A DNA stretch of 64,000 nucleotides from Psilocybe cubensis (lineage: Eukaryota): NCBI GenBank assembly GCA_017499595.2, contig CM039010.1, forward strand, positions 186,001-250,000, in the 5' to 3' direction. Positions 12,817 through 25,847 of the stretch are shown here, in pieces. The position numbers and the translations under genes were made by a program. The notes beneath the pieces are model-generated. The model ran no database searches and was not told the DNA's origin. It worked only from the letters and a program-made list of their open reading frames with translations. The first letter of the stretch is position 1; each line of letters starts with the position of its first letter.

Positions 12817-14659
12817 TCAGGATGTGTTAGAGATGGGCGAAAGCCCAATAAATATCACGCCGTTGAAAAGTACCTCTTCTATCACAGTGACCCCGAATTC
12901 CCTCAATTGAGATAGTGACTCATCAACCATCACACGTTCCGTAGCGTCTCGCTCCCACAAAATGTATGTGGCGTCTATTTTTTGCCTGTTTATCTTTAGT
13001 GACAGGAGTCGTAAATAGCCGCCCGCGTAGCGGGAAGCCAAGGTTATAGGTACATCTGAGAGTAGCAACCCGGTTCCAGCTGGCTTTATTCCTGCTGTAT
13101 AGATGACAATGTGCCGGTGACAATGTCGGAGCTTCTTTCATTCCCGTGGTGTCCCCCGTTCTGTATGATGAACTATGCCAGACTTGTCGCGATCGCCATT
13201 GATTCAGTGAGACAGATGATCAACCAACCTCCGCACCATGGCCACTGGTATGCCGACATGAAGTTTATTCTCCAGGCAACTCTATTGGTTTCACACTTGC
13301 TGTAACATATTAAATACCCATGGAGAGTCGAAGTGCAGGGTAGAGTGTCATAAGATACGCCACGGTGAGTTTCAAAACCTTCTCTTCAAGAGGAATCAAA
13401 ATATAGTTAGACTGTGATTAATAGCAGTGGATTCAGAGAGTCGAGTCGAATTGGGTATCAATGTAGTTGGCCTGTGATCAATACTAGTCTGCATCAGCGA
13501 TGCCTGATGTTCTAATTCTGTCGAGAGAGTTACCAACGTGCGCGCGAGGAAATATCAATCCCACAGGCAAGCGTAATAGACCAAAACCCTGATTTGTTGG
13601 ACATAAGGATTTTAAAACCAAAACTTCCAGCCAGCATCTGTCACTCACTGTGGCACCTTGTCATGGCACCTACATGACTTCAGCGCGCGCCCATGTCTGA
13701 AGAAAAAAGAATGTCGGACGGTGTAGCGTTTAAACCTGAGGAAATTTGTAGATATGTTTTTACGAACGGACCGCTGATTACGCATGAACTTATCGGAGTT
13801 GTGATTGCTAGGAACTGGTGCCTATGGCTACCGGATTTATCTCAGGTCCAGGCACAATAACCTTTCCACAGGCTAGTGATAGTGAGAAAATACCACTGAA
13901 GGTTCGTGCCTTCCAAACCGATCATATCCGTAATTTGAAAGTAAGGGGAGACAGCACCGTTCATCGTTGAAGTAGAGCTCCGACCTGATATCAATTCCGT
14001 CATGATCAAGTCGATCTAGACGGTTGCGAGAAGACAAGACCTTCCAGATGAAATGGTCGAAGGTCCTTCCACCAGATAGATAAAATTGCATTCAGGTTGG
14101 TACAGCGCAGGCGAGGTCAAGGAAGTTTCAAAGACTGGAACGTTTCTCCTGTTTAGGCGTAGCAAAGGCCTAGTAGCTAGAAATCCGTCGCATGAATGCT
14201 CGGGATGTAGTCGGGGATGGAACACAGCCGTTGACCACGGAAGATCGAACCTCCAATATCCAATGTTCGTGATTAGGTGTGATACAGCCTAGCGACGTTT
14301 CATGAAAGGTACTTTGACGACGAAGGGTTCCGGTGGTGGTTCATGTACAAGAATGAAGACAACTTGTTGACTCCTCCGAGTCCGAGAAGTGGCCCAGGTT
14401 CAATTTGTAAGCATATCACATGACCCGAACGAGAAGTCACGGGCTTGTTGAGTGTTTCCATCGCGACTAGTTCACGAATGCATGATGACGCGCCGTGGGC
14501 GTATAACAATGGTACTTTGCAGTTTTGCGGAAAACATCCTGGTTCAACAAAAAAGATTGATATTACATAGAAGCAAAATGATGCAGAGTAGATCATTGAG
14601 TTTCGAAACCACAGCCAAGCTTGCCACTGACACCTTATGCGAGAGGGAGTAGGACACAT
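12817..14659 (-). pseudogene. possible degenerate F-box-like gene relic
   Basis: Scattered minus-strand ORF pieces; VSKLNDLLCIILLL and VPLLYAHGASSCIRELVAMET loosely resemble Agaricomycete F-box N-termini; many stops and frame changes. Confidence 0.25.
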
Positions 14660-16016
14660 AGTGTATAAGTATATCTATACTGAAATTAACCTGAAATTAA
14701 CACAGTGCATATAGGTTATGACTTTTAGTTGACGGTTTCATGAACCACGGAAGGCTCAACTAGGGCTCCACTGATTGAAGAAAGGCGGGTCATTGTGCAT
14801 CGCGGTTTCATTCATATATTTCGTACAAAACTGAATTTCATGATCAGGAAGGACTCTTCTACCGTGAGTACTCACCCTCGGTGAAATTTCTTTAAGCTCA
14901 CAGGGATCATGTACCCCTCTAAGGACATTTAAAATATTTTATAGTCATATACTTAGTACCTGATTCACGGGGAATGACTGGATAGACATATGTGGAGTAA
15001 CGGTATTTGTCATAACTCCTTGTACAGTACAAAAGAACTGTCATTTTTCACTACGGCTGGTTGTTATCGCATGTCCCAACTAGCGTCGCGTAATATTCAA
15101 GCGACACACCATGAAAGGGGGTTCAGCGGTTCTGTAAAATCGAACAAATTATAGCCTCAATAGATGTAGCTGTATGTGAACAATTAATGAATGACACCTT
15201 CTCGCCATGATAATTGACAAACACTGTGGTCGTTGGTACCCTCATTTTCCTGAACGTCCAGGGACTGAGTGATAATTCATAAAGAAATAGTAATGAATTG
15301 ATGGCGTTGGGGAAAAGAGTACTGTGTAAATTCTCAGGGTTGTTTCCCTTCAGAAGAAGATAACAGGTATCAACAGACCTTGTACGAAAGTGTACGGTAG
15401 AGTTCGAAGGTCAGTTAGAAGACAAGTCATATGTACCTGAGCCCATTTTTTGACATCTGGGTCAACAAGGAGTAATGAGCTTCCAATTTGCTTTGCATTT
15501 GCATTACCAAAAGATTACAAACGGGCCGGGGCATTTACGAGTTGACCAGTAGTCGACGAACGTTCGTCAAATCCACAAGGTACCAAAGATGGCTCAATGA
15601 TTCTATTTTAGGCACATTTGAATGTCTGGGATGTCTGGTGAAAATTAGATATCGAGAGACCCTGATACAGAAGAGATCTCGAACAGTATGTATGGCAGCA
15701 ATATATGTGGTCTATTTAGATGAGGAAAGAGAGCATGCAAGGTTTAATAGCAACCAGATGTGCCGGAAATGTGTGGATCATCTGGGCTCCGGCTTGGAAG
15801 AGCGTGGGAAAAATGGAATACCGGCCCAGATAACGAAAATTGATTGACCTCATATTTAGCGGCACACGACCATAAATATGTCTTCCTCCTTCTCCGCTTT
15901 CTCCACCTTCCCTATATAAGCCTTTGCTTCAGGTGTGTTTCCGACAGCGAAAGCTTCTGGATTTGCTTTTTGACGCCTTCTTTGACTCTCAGACACACTG
16001 TGGTCTGTCACAAACA

Positions 16017-18640
16017 ATGGCTGAACAAACCAACGAACTCAAACCAACAAAATCTTTGACGCCGTCTGCTCGATACCGAGCAGACCTCGAGCATTTTGAA
16101 CGACATGATGGTCGCGCAGCATATCACTTGAATATGGCGGAGATCAAGCTTCTTGGGATCACTGGGGTGAGTTTTTCATCCTGCACGCTGTTCTTGGCCA
16201 TGTCTGATTTCGACCAGGTTGGATTCTTCCTCGATGGTAAAGAATCTATTATGTTTATTGCTGGCAAACTACTTACCATTTATCTGTAGCTTACGACCTT
16301 TTCATCATCAATGTGTGCTATGCGTTCAATGCCTCCTGAATCCTTCGGACTGACGATAGCGTAATTAGCCGGTAGCGACCATGCTTCAATACCGATTGTA
16401 TGAGGGTAACCACCTCCCGACCAATCTTGAAGGTTTTATGAAAGCTGGTGCCAATATTGGTAGTGTAGTAGGGCAATTCGCTTTTGGTGAGCCAGCGCAT
16501 ACAACCTTACCACATACACGTGCGTGCTAATTTCGTCTGGTCAAGGATACGCCGCCGATTCATTGGGGCGAAAGGCCGTTTGTGAGTTATCCGGCTGACT
16601 GCCGTACTGCGAAGCACGATATTCATAGCCAATTTTTTTGCTAGACGGAAAGGAGCTGATGCTCATTATCCTTGCCACTATCCTGACCCTCACGACGCCC
16701 ACTGGAACGCTTAGCCCCGACTCATGTTTAATTTATTTGGGCGTGTTCCGCATCCTGCTTGGTATCGGCGTGGGTGGAGACTACCCAATGTCCGCGTCCG
16801 TCACCTCCGATCGCGCCAACATCCGCAAACGCGGTACAATGCTCGCGTACATTTTTGCGAACCAGGGATGGGGTAGCTTCGCTGGATCTCTGGCTACTAT
16901 CATCGTTTTGCTGTGTTACAAGTCATCGATGGAAGGACGTGGCGAGACCTCAAAAGTGGATGGAGGTACGATCCGTTTGTGTTCTCGTGTTTCTGACCTA
17001 AAATTAACCGCGTTCATTAGTGTGGCGAATCATCGTTGGCATATCACTCGTGCCGGCATTCGGAACTCTTTATCAACGTCTCACTCTCCCTGAATCTACG
17101 CGTTATCTCTCCGCTCAAAAACATAAAGAAGCGATGGAAGCCGAAGCCACAGATGAAATCAGTCAGCTGAAGAAGGCCCAGGCAGAAGAAGAAATCAAAA
17201 TGGCTAACTTGTCCGGAGCAAAGAAGGATGAAAGTGTCACTACCGAAACCCGCAAGGGATCAGAAACATCAAGTGATATCGAGAATACCGAAGAGGACCC
17301 AGAGGTGTTGGTAAAAAAATCTGCTCATTTCAAAGGTACTGTGGTGTCGCCCATTCTGGTTGACTTTCTCGCGTTGTATTTACGTTCCTCCAAAACACAG
17401 AATTTTTTGATTACTTCTCGGAATGGCGTCATGCAAAGTTGCTCATTGGTACATCTGTTTGCTGGTTCCTGCTCGATATCGCGTATGTATTACTTTTTTT
17501 GCTTTCCTATCTCCTACCATCTTCCATTGGATGCCCACCTGATCATCAGTGTGGTTTGTTACCCCGTCCTCCTGTCTTCTAAATACATATATCTCTTATC
17601 TGATAACTCCTTAAACCCATTTCGCTCCTCGTTTTCCATATAGGTTTTATGGCATCAACTTGAACCAAAACGTTGTCCTTCAGCAAATAGGCTTCGACGG
17701 CTCTAGCGGAACGCCTTGGAATCGTCTTTTCAAGATTTCAACTGGAGGAATTATTATCACCGCACTTGGGTTCGTTCCTGGTAAGTGACCAACCGTTTTC
17801 TCCGCATAAATCGATAGAGCTAATATATCTGTCCTCTCTCTTTCCGTTGAATAGGATACTATGTCTCTGTGCTCACAATCGAGGTCCTGGGACGAAAATG
17901 GATTCAGGTGCAAGGATTCTTACTCGCCGCGCTTTTCCGTAAGTACTACTTTCAGTGTGTTCAAATTTTCTTGGTCATGTTCTGAGAGTGCTTCTTCTTT
18001 ACAGTCGGTATCTTGGCTGGATGCTTCGAAACGCTGAGCAAAGTTTCATTCATCGTGTGCTTCGCCTTCCTCCAGTTCTTCTTCAACTTCGGCGCCAACA
18101 CGTGAGTCGTTTCATCTTCCTGCTCTCGGACATTATCCAACTTATTCGTTTATAGGACAACATACTGTTACCCTGCGGAAGGTTAGTTACAGTTGAACAT
18201 TCTTCCTGAGATGAGCTTATGAGCACTCATTGTAAAATTTAGTCTTCCCAACTAGGTTCAAGGCTTCCGCTCATGGAATGTCAGCCGCCGCTGGAAAGGC
18301 CGGCGCCATCATCTCTGCTCTTGCGTTCAATTCGCTGAGCAAAAGTATCGGAACACCCGCCTGCTTATGGAGTACGTGTCTAATCATTGCTTTTTAATAG
18401 CCTTTGGAAAAGAATCGTTGTCCTGATTATCAATTGTAGTTTTCATGGGTTGCTGTATCGCCGGTGCAGGTTCGTTGATTCGTTTTTACTTTGGGGCGAC
18501 TATCAGATACTCACTTTCGTTTATCAGGGTTCACTTTCCTTCTTCCGGAGGTGAAAGGCCGTGACGCTGACCTGATTTACGCCGAAGAGCTGCGAGCAAA
18601 GAAAGAAGCAAAGGCGAAAGCTAACCAAGCTAAGCAATAA
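16017..18640 (+). CDS. PHO84: inorganic phosphate:H+ symporter (MFS, PHS family), multi-exon
   Basis: [102 protein letters not shown] 16017, TAA 18638-18640. Confidence 0.93.
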
Positions 18641-19547
18641 ATGATCGAACAAGCTAAACAAAGTCATGATACATATGGATACCGTGGTGGATAAACGAAG
18701 GCAATGGACTTCGTAAGCCCAGTTTTCAATCGCAATGAAAAACTTAAACGACTCGGGGAACGAAACATCCTAAACCCTTCTAATCATAATACCAAGAACA
18801 AGTAAATGTGTACTTTTTCATAATTTACATCGTCGCTAGTGAATTGTATTTTTTACTTGCAAGATCATTGCTCCTGTCTACTGTTTGACGTAGCAAGCGT
18901 ATGGGCAATTTCGTGCATGGTCGCCTGACTTTTTCGATGTTGTGAGTTGGCCAAACGTTTGAACGACATGGGGGGTGTTCGATGGCTCTCATGCTGGTAG
19001 TTATTCTAAACTGGACGATACTCCTGTCAGATTCTTTGAGTCGTCGGCTAACTTCAATCCCTTAAGAATTTTGGACGGGGATGCTGATTATAGGCGTTTG
19101 CCAATCTCGCTCCCCTTCAAGCTGAGGAACTGTAATCAATTAGTTCGCATGAGCACTGTGCATTTTGACAGCTTCATACTTCATGCATCATGGATCACTA
19201 TCCGTGGTACAATGAAAAAAGGGATTTAATTAAATGATCTAGACTTTAGTTGACGGGGAAATGGAAGAAAAATGGCCTCGACCAAGCCGGACTGCAGCGG
19301 AACAGTCTCCAGAGAGGTGGAATCCCTTCCACCAATCCCACCATGCCATATTGAGAGCCGAAATGCAGTATGATTATATATATAACAAAATTACACGATA
19401 GTACAATACAATTAGGCAAACTCAAAGAACATGGATTTCGCAGTCGAAATTAGTAAAACATGCACACAATTCAGAGAAAAGCGTAAATTAAAATAGAGAG
19501 ATAAACGCATGAAGGCAGTACTCCTGGCAGTGGCGGCATTTCTCCTA

Positions 19548-21429
19548 TCACGTCTCCTTGTAACAAAAAGCCTGCCTAAATTGTACTGCCCCATCCACTG
19601 CAGGCACCGACCGGACGGTGGCAAAGGGCGCAAGCCGCTTCTCCTTACAGGTCTTGTCACCGATCTGGATATCCGGTAGACAACTGGGGGGATAACAGGG
19701 TTTATCGTTTGAAAATGCACACAGCCGTTCCGCTACGGTATCGCAGACCCATGAGAACTGACGCGAAACGGAGTAGCCGCACCAGTATCCCTCAAATCTG
19801 TCGATGCTCAACGGAACCGAGACTTTCAGCGTGTTTATCTTCACTAAATGGATTGTAATCGTGTCATAAAGTGACGCCTGTCGCACAATTGTACGATTAA
19901 TTAAGGAACAGAGGTTCAAAGCAAAGGAACACTCACAATAGGATCAAATGCTCCATCCTCGGACCCGAGAACTGGTTTGTCGTCACATGAAAATGTCTGG
20001 AGGTGTATGGAACATATAGGTATGCCCAAAAATACCAACGCGGTGCAGGAGGCTATGACGGACATGTTGTGTGGTCCGAAGCACCATAGCCCCTCGTTAG
20101 CGGCTTCAATGTCAAGTTTTTCGATAGTTCGAATATGCATCCCGAGCGAGGTACCGAAGAATCGTGACGCTAGTGCATCATATTCTGTTGGAGAAGTCGG
20201 ATGTGCAGAGCTAAGTATGTGTAGTCTCTTGATGCCGCTATACGATTCGAGGTAGTTCAACAAACTTTGGGTGACTTTTCGAACTTTGAGGACTTCTAAT
20301 TCGATTCCCAGGTTGGTTAGAGCATCCCATATGCCATCGACGCTGGAGCCCACAAGTTTCTGAGACCCATGGAGCTGGGTACATGACGAGCAGATTTTGG
20401 AATCAACAGTAAGATGCTCGATGTTGGTGATGTGATGTGGCTCCAGTACATTGGAAAGATCCAACGATTTCAGGTAATGTAAATGAGGCAACGTAATCGC
20501 ATCCAATTTAACGAACATACGATTCATCACGAGGTGTTTGAGCCGAAGGGGTGTTTGAGACGAGGGATAGCACCTGAGGAGATGGTGAAGGCTAGCGCTG
20601 GTGTCGACGTGGGTGCAGTCATAGCCTCCTCTCTGAATATTGAGGCCAACTAGCCCAGGAGACCGAGCCAGCATCTTTCCCAAGTTCTGATACGTCTCAT
20701 ATATGTTACCTGAGTTGGACGGTATGGTAGAGTCGATAATTGTGATATCACGCAGACCCCGCAAGCGATGTAAAGGCAAGGGGATTCTAGCCCAATCAAC
20801 TTCGATCCGGACAGACCTCAGATTTGGCAGAGTCTGAATGGCATTCATCACCGTACATTGGACCCATTGCTCATCATACTGATGTATGTTCCAGCTGCAG
20901 AAAAATATGTCATTAAAGACTGAATCAGACAAATGATGGGAACGAACCTAATGGAACGGAGATTTTTCAAGGATTTGAGAGCATAGAAAAGGTAAAGTTT
21001 CATTTGTTTGCGGGAAATGATTGCCTGAGGTAGATCCTTTGGAGGGACATTAGCTACCCATTCGCCATTAACATAACTTTCCGCCTCGAAGGTTGGATCG
21101 TAGTCCGGCGCTAGACAATCAATAATTAGGTTCTTTGTCATCCTGGAAGGGCCGGAGTGTCTTTGAGTAGCGAGGTATTGAAGTTTACGAATACCAGAGC
21201 TTGATGACGCATTATGACAGTTAATTCTGAGAGAGATGGTGTGGAATGTAAAAGATTCAAGACTGGAGCCCAGTCGTTTGCAGCAAAGACGCAGTTGTTT
21301 GATATCTGCCAGATCCAGCTGGAAAATGGTGTGAATGGTCCTACTGTTAGAAAATCTGGGATGACGTACCTTCTCTGCCACTACATCCAAAAGTTCAAGT
21401 GGAAGGGAAAGGAACGATGAACACATCAT
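19548..21429 (-). CDS. F-box-like / LRR-like protein, multi-exon
   Basis: N-terminal FLSLPLELLDVVAEK|LDLADIKQLRLCCKRL F-box-like motif; leucine-rich ORFs 20848-21429, 19916-20932 and 19548-19919 linked by short introns. Confidence 0.75.
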
Positions 21430-23558
21430 GACGTTGGTGGTCAGGGATTAAGGAGTATACAGATTAGCGGTTAAGGGACGAAATATAAGGACGTTCCAAG
21501 TTGGTGGTGCCTTTATTTGGTGCAAGAGCAAATGGATTTGTCAGGGTCAATGAAACACGGAAAGCGAACGCCCTATCTGCTTTTCAAGTGATGATTTATG
21601 GCGGACGAGTGGATTAAGAACAACACATTCGGGACGGGCATCTCCGTCAGTCGAAGCCACTGGCTATCCCGCCAAGCTATGGATATTGAGTGTGTCCTTT
21701 TTCTTCCATGTTCAGCAGGCTTCCGGAAGCTTTCATGCCAGAAAGTGTCAATGTCAGGGGGGATTCTTTATGAAGAGATTCACATGAGCCGCGCTGCTCT
21801 GCGTGCCTGTCTATTTCCGTACGTGTAATAAACGAATGCCCAAAGATTATAAGTGACAGGCGAATGATACTGTTGAGGTGTAGTCGCCGTGTAGTCGCCG
21901 TAAGTCATCGTTTAGTCTCGATAAGAGGGTTCAAAATATGCTTATTGTATGATAGTGTTATTGTTGTATATTAGCATGCTTGACATGCAAGTGACTGAGC
22001 TCCATGATCATTTGGGGAAGCAATCCAGGCGATACTCGCGTTTGTGATTTTTTGAGTGATGTCTCTGATGTCGCTGTTAACTGGCCTACAATCGACCAGG
22101 GTCTGGGCAACAATAGGATTCCTTACGGTATGTACCACCAGATACAAAATTGGGGATGTTGGGCCATGGGGAAAAGGCGGCAGCAAGGTGGAGGATATGG
22201 GGGCGCCGAGAGACACATATGCTTCACCCATGTAATGGCAAACTGAGAGTCCATAGCCATGTGCATGTCGTGCAGCATGATAGTTATCTAACGTGACCCC
22301 AGTGTTTCGTTATTAAACTTTCCGAAAGCCCGCTGAGACCATGGAATTGGGGTATGATCAGGTTTGACGTGTCGATGGCATGCCAGGTTGAATGATTTCT
22401 CCATCGGCTGATCGTCCAAAAATGCCTGTCGACCTGACGGTTCAAACGTTCAAGCTCAAGGCCGACCATGAGCATTTTATTTGTGCGCAGTGAGTATATG
22501 TGGATACCTTAATATTTGTTCCAACGGGGTTCGATGTTTTACGAGCGATTCAACCCGCGTCTTGACGATTGTCCGGTTTGCTCCAGACAATCCCCCTTTG
22601 AAACTGAAAGATCATTCGATACATTTTTTTCCACATAAAAGAGATAATTTGATGGAGTGTACCGTCAATAAGGCATGATATGGCATTAGAAGCAGAGATG
22701 CGAAAAAATTGGAGGTAGTTTTGAAGAGAAAGTGGTTGTTATCAACAAGACAGACCAATCAAGATAAACCCGACGTCGTGCCGGCATTCTCCGAGTCAAT
22801 GGCAATCAATGCCAAGAGTCCAGCATGAACTGGCAACCCTACCACACTTCACTGCTTCGATTTAATACCAAGCAAAGATTCCCAAAAAGAAAATCGTTTA
22901 TCTTCTTGTTAGTCTATTTTTATACACATTCTGTGCCGTAGGTTACTAGCCTCATGATCATGTAGAGTAGTTCATAAAATTGCCTTGGGTACTTTTTGGG
23001 CTTTTAAGAAATAACCCTAATCCCGAGGAGATGAACTTGGAACCAGAGAGGCGCTGTCATCTACATACGAAGACACAGTGCAATTATGTTGATCAGTTGA
23101 AAGATCAATATGCCTGATATAATTCTACCCAAGCTTGTAAATTCGAAAGAAAATAACGCCCTTGAACTTACAAGTAATTATGGTAGCAGCCAGTGGCGTC
23201 GGCTTTGGCTCTACTAATTTGCCATCAATTTTGAAAGCTCAACACGGTTGCGTCATAGCCGACTGATGCCGCTACGGACTTGCTGCATGGTGTGTGGTAG
23301 GAAACACTAGATGAATATGCGGATTCCAACTTCTGTAGACTCTTTGAACCATTCGAATACAACTAACGACTATTTTTGGTTTGGGATATTAGCGTGAGAT
23401 GTTATTCTCGTCAATGAATGGAAGCTGTCATCTCACCTGACTGGACGAAAAAAAATCAACATCACATTTCTCAACCATCACCCCCTACTTACTGACTATT
23501 CTATAGGTATTACCGGGGCGTAAAGAAGAGTCACACCTCATCTTACCACCCCAAGGCT

Positions 23559-25655
23559 ATGATTGACTACACTAGTGTGCTCCTCTGTTTATCACTAATT
23601 GTGGTCGGGCGTTTCCTATTTCGCAATCGCAGCGTGGGTTCGTTCAGCCTCCATTGTCATCTATGCTTAATATTGTCTCTTCAGCTCGACCACATTCCCA
23701 CCATTGGACACTCAACTCCTTTCTTGACACTCATATCTTCTTTTAACTATGTGGTGGGATGTTTGAGGATCGCCGAAGAAGGATATCGACGGGTATGTGT
23801 CGGGGCCAAGTTAAAAGCAAAACACTAATATAAATCCATAGTATCCAAATTCTATGTTCAAAATCTCAACGTTGGATGGGTGGCTTGTAGTTGTAAATGG
23901 GACCCAGCAAATCGATGACATTCGGCGGGCAAACGATGAGCAAATGCACGGGATGACCACCGTTGCTGAGGTGCATCATCATAAAGCCTGTCAGGTTACA
24001 AGTCGCACTGACCACTTTTTCTCTTGAATTGACGCCATTCCTAGTATTTACAACTAGAACACACGTTGGGACCAGAGCTTTTGGATGACCCATATCATAT
24101 CGATGTTATCAGAATGTCTGTTACCAGGAATATTGCGGCACGGTTTGAAGATATTCACGACGAAGTTCGCCGCGCCTATTCGGATGCAATCAAGGTGAAC
24201 GAAAATGGTATGCAAATGACCTCGATTCCCACGAATTCCTTTACTGAGTTGATACCCAAGACTGGACAGCATTGCCAGCATATGAACTCCAGGTCCAGGT
24301 CATCAATAGGGTATCAGCTCGATATTTTTTTGGAAAGCCGCTTTGTAGGTTTTTCGAGGATTCAACTCTGCTATTGATCACTGTATCCTTCCACATTTAT
24401 AGGTGATGACCGTGAATTTTTGGAGATATGCGATAAAGCGACTATAGAAATTTTTAAAGGGAGGTTTTTACGAGTCCTCCCAGTCTTTCTGCGGCCGTGA
24501 GTCCCTTGTCTCGAAAATTCAATTATTAGTTTCAATCAAGGAAACCCAATACCAGACTTGGAGCGAGGGCATTTACAAATATCCACGGCTTGAGGGGGAA
24601 GGTTGCCAAGTACCTAGCACCTATAATCGAGGAAAGGCTGGAGCAGGAACGGCTCTATGGGGCAGAGTGGCCTGATAAACCGGTGCGTCGCCAGCGGTGT
24701 GTCGACGTAGGATTCGTCTAACAATGATAATTGGGACTCAAACTTGCGCCTTGACTCATCTAAATTTACAGAATGACTTGATTACCTGGCTGATGGATGG
24801 TGCACGCGCCTCAAATACAGAGATATCAGCAGAGGATATGAGCATTCGGGTGCTCTTCATCAGCTTTGGTGCCATCCATACATCGACCGCGGTAAGCTTC
24901 GCATTGACGTCTTTACTATGTTAAACGTTGATTTAACTGTATGCGCCAGACCATTACCGCTGCCCTCTACCAACTATGTTTGAGTCCTGGTAGTGTGAAG
25001 GAACTCCGTGAAGAAATAGAAAATGTCGTAGCATCAGAAGGGTGGTCGAAGGCGTCTCTGGGGAAAATGTACAAGTTGGATAGTTATCTGCGTGAGTCGC
25101 AGAGGCATCACTTCATGAACCTGTGTAAGTCCTACCCACTACTCACCAAAGGTTTTACTATTAATAAAGCAACCAGTTGCAATGAGCAGAGTTACCCTAA
25201 AGGACTTTGTGTTCTCAGACGGTACAGTCCTCCCCAAGGGCACTAACACAACTGTTAATATCGTTGCGCGACATCATGACGAATCGATCTACCCCAATTC
25301 CAACATTTTCGACGGTTTCCGGTTCGTCAGAGATCCCAAGGAAGGCATCACTCGTCCGATGCTCGCAACACCAACACTGGAGTACCACGCATTTGGACAC
25401 GGAAGATCAGCCTGGTAAGTATTCATGAATTCTATATTCACCCCTCCACAGTGCTAGTCCGTCCTAATCGTCGCAATCGAAAGCCCTGGCCGATTCTTCG
25501 CTGTTACCGAGCTGAAGACAATGGTGGCGCACATAGTGACAAATTACGACATCAAACTTGAGAAGGACGACGGGTATCCGAAAAAACTATTCTTCGAACA
25601 GCAATCGTTCCCCAATATGCACGCCAAGATCCTGTTCCGTAAACGCAATACCTGA
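23559..25655 (+). CDS. cytochrome P450, CYP512-like, multi-exon
   Basis: N-terminal TM anchor, I-helix SFGAIHTST, ExxR (ESQR), FDGFRF, heme motif FGHGRSACPGRFFA; stop TGA 25653-25655. Confidence 0.93.
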
Positions 25656-25847
25656 GCTTAGAGTTCTAGATTTGCCCCGCTCTATACCTCATCAACATTG
25701 ATACCTCTTCCCTTGTAGATGAGTGATGTACTTGGCCGCAACTAAACGACGCCCAATTACTTCCATTCCAATTGTTATTCCCTCGTAGTCCAATTCTCTA
25801 CAATTCGAAACCAAAGTGTACAAATGAGCCCAAGAGCATCTGAGTTG

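Noticed and set aside
15000-16016. Pho4-type CACGTG sites upstream of the phosphate transporter
   Set aside because: None seen in the promoter; the CACGTG I noticed (~16518) is intronic.
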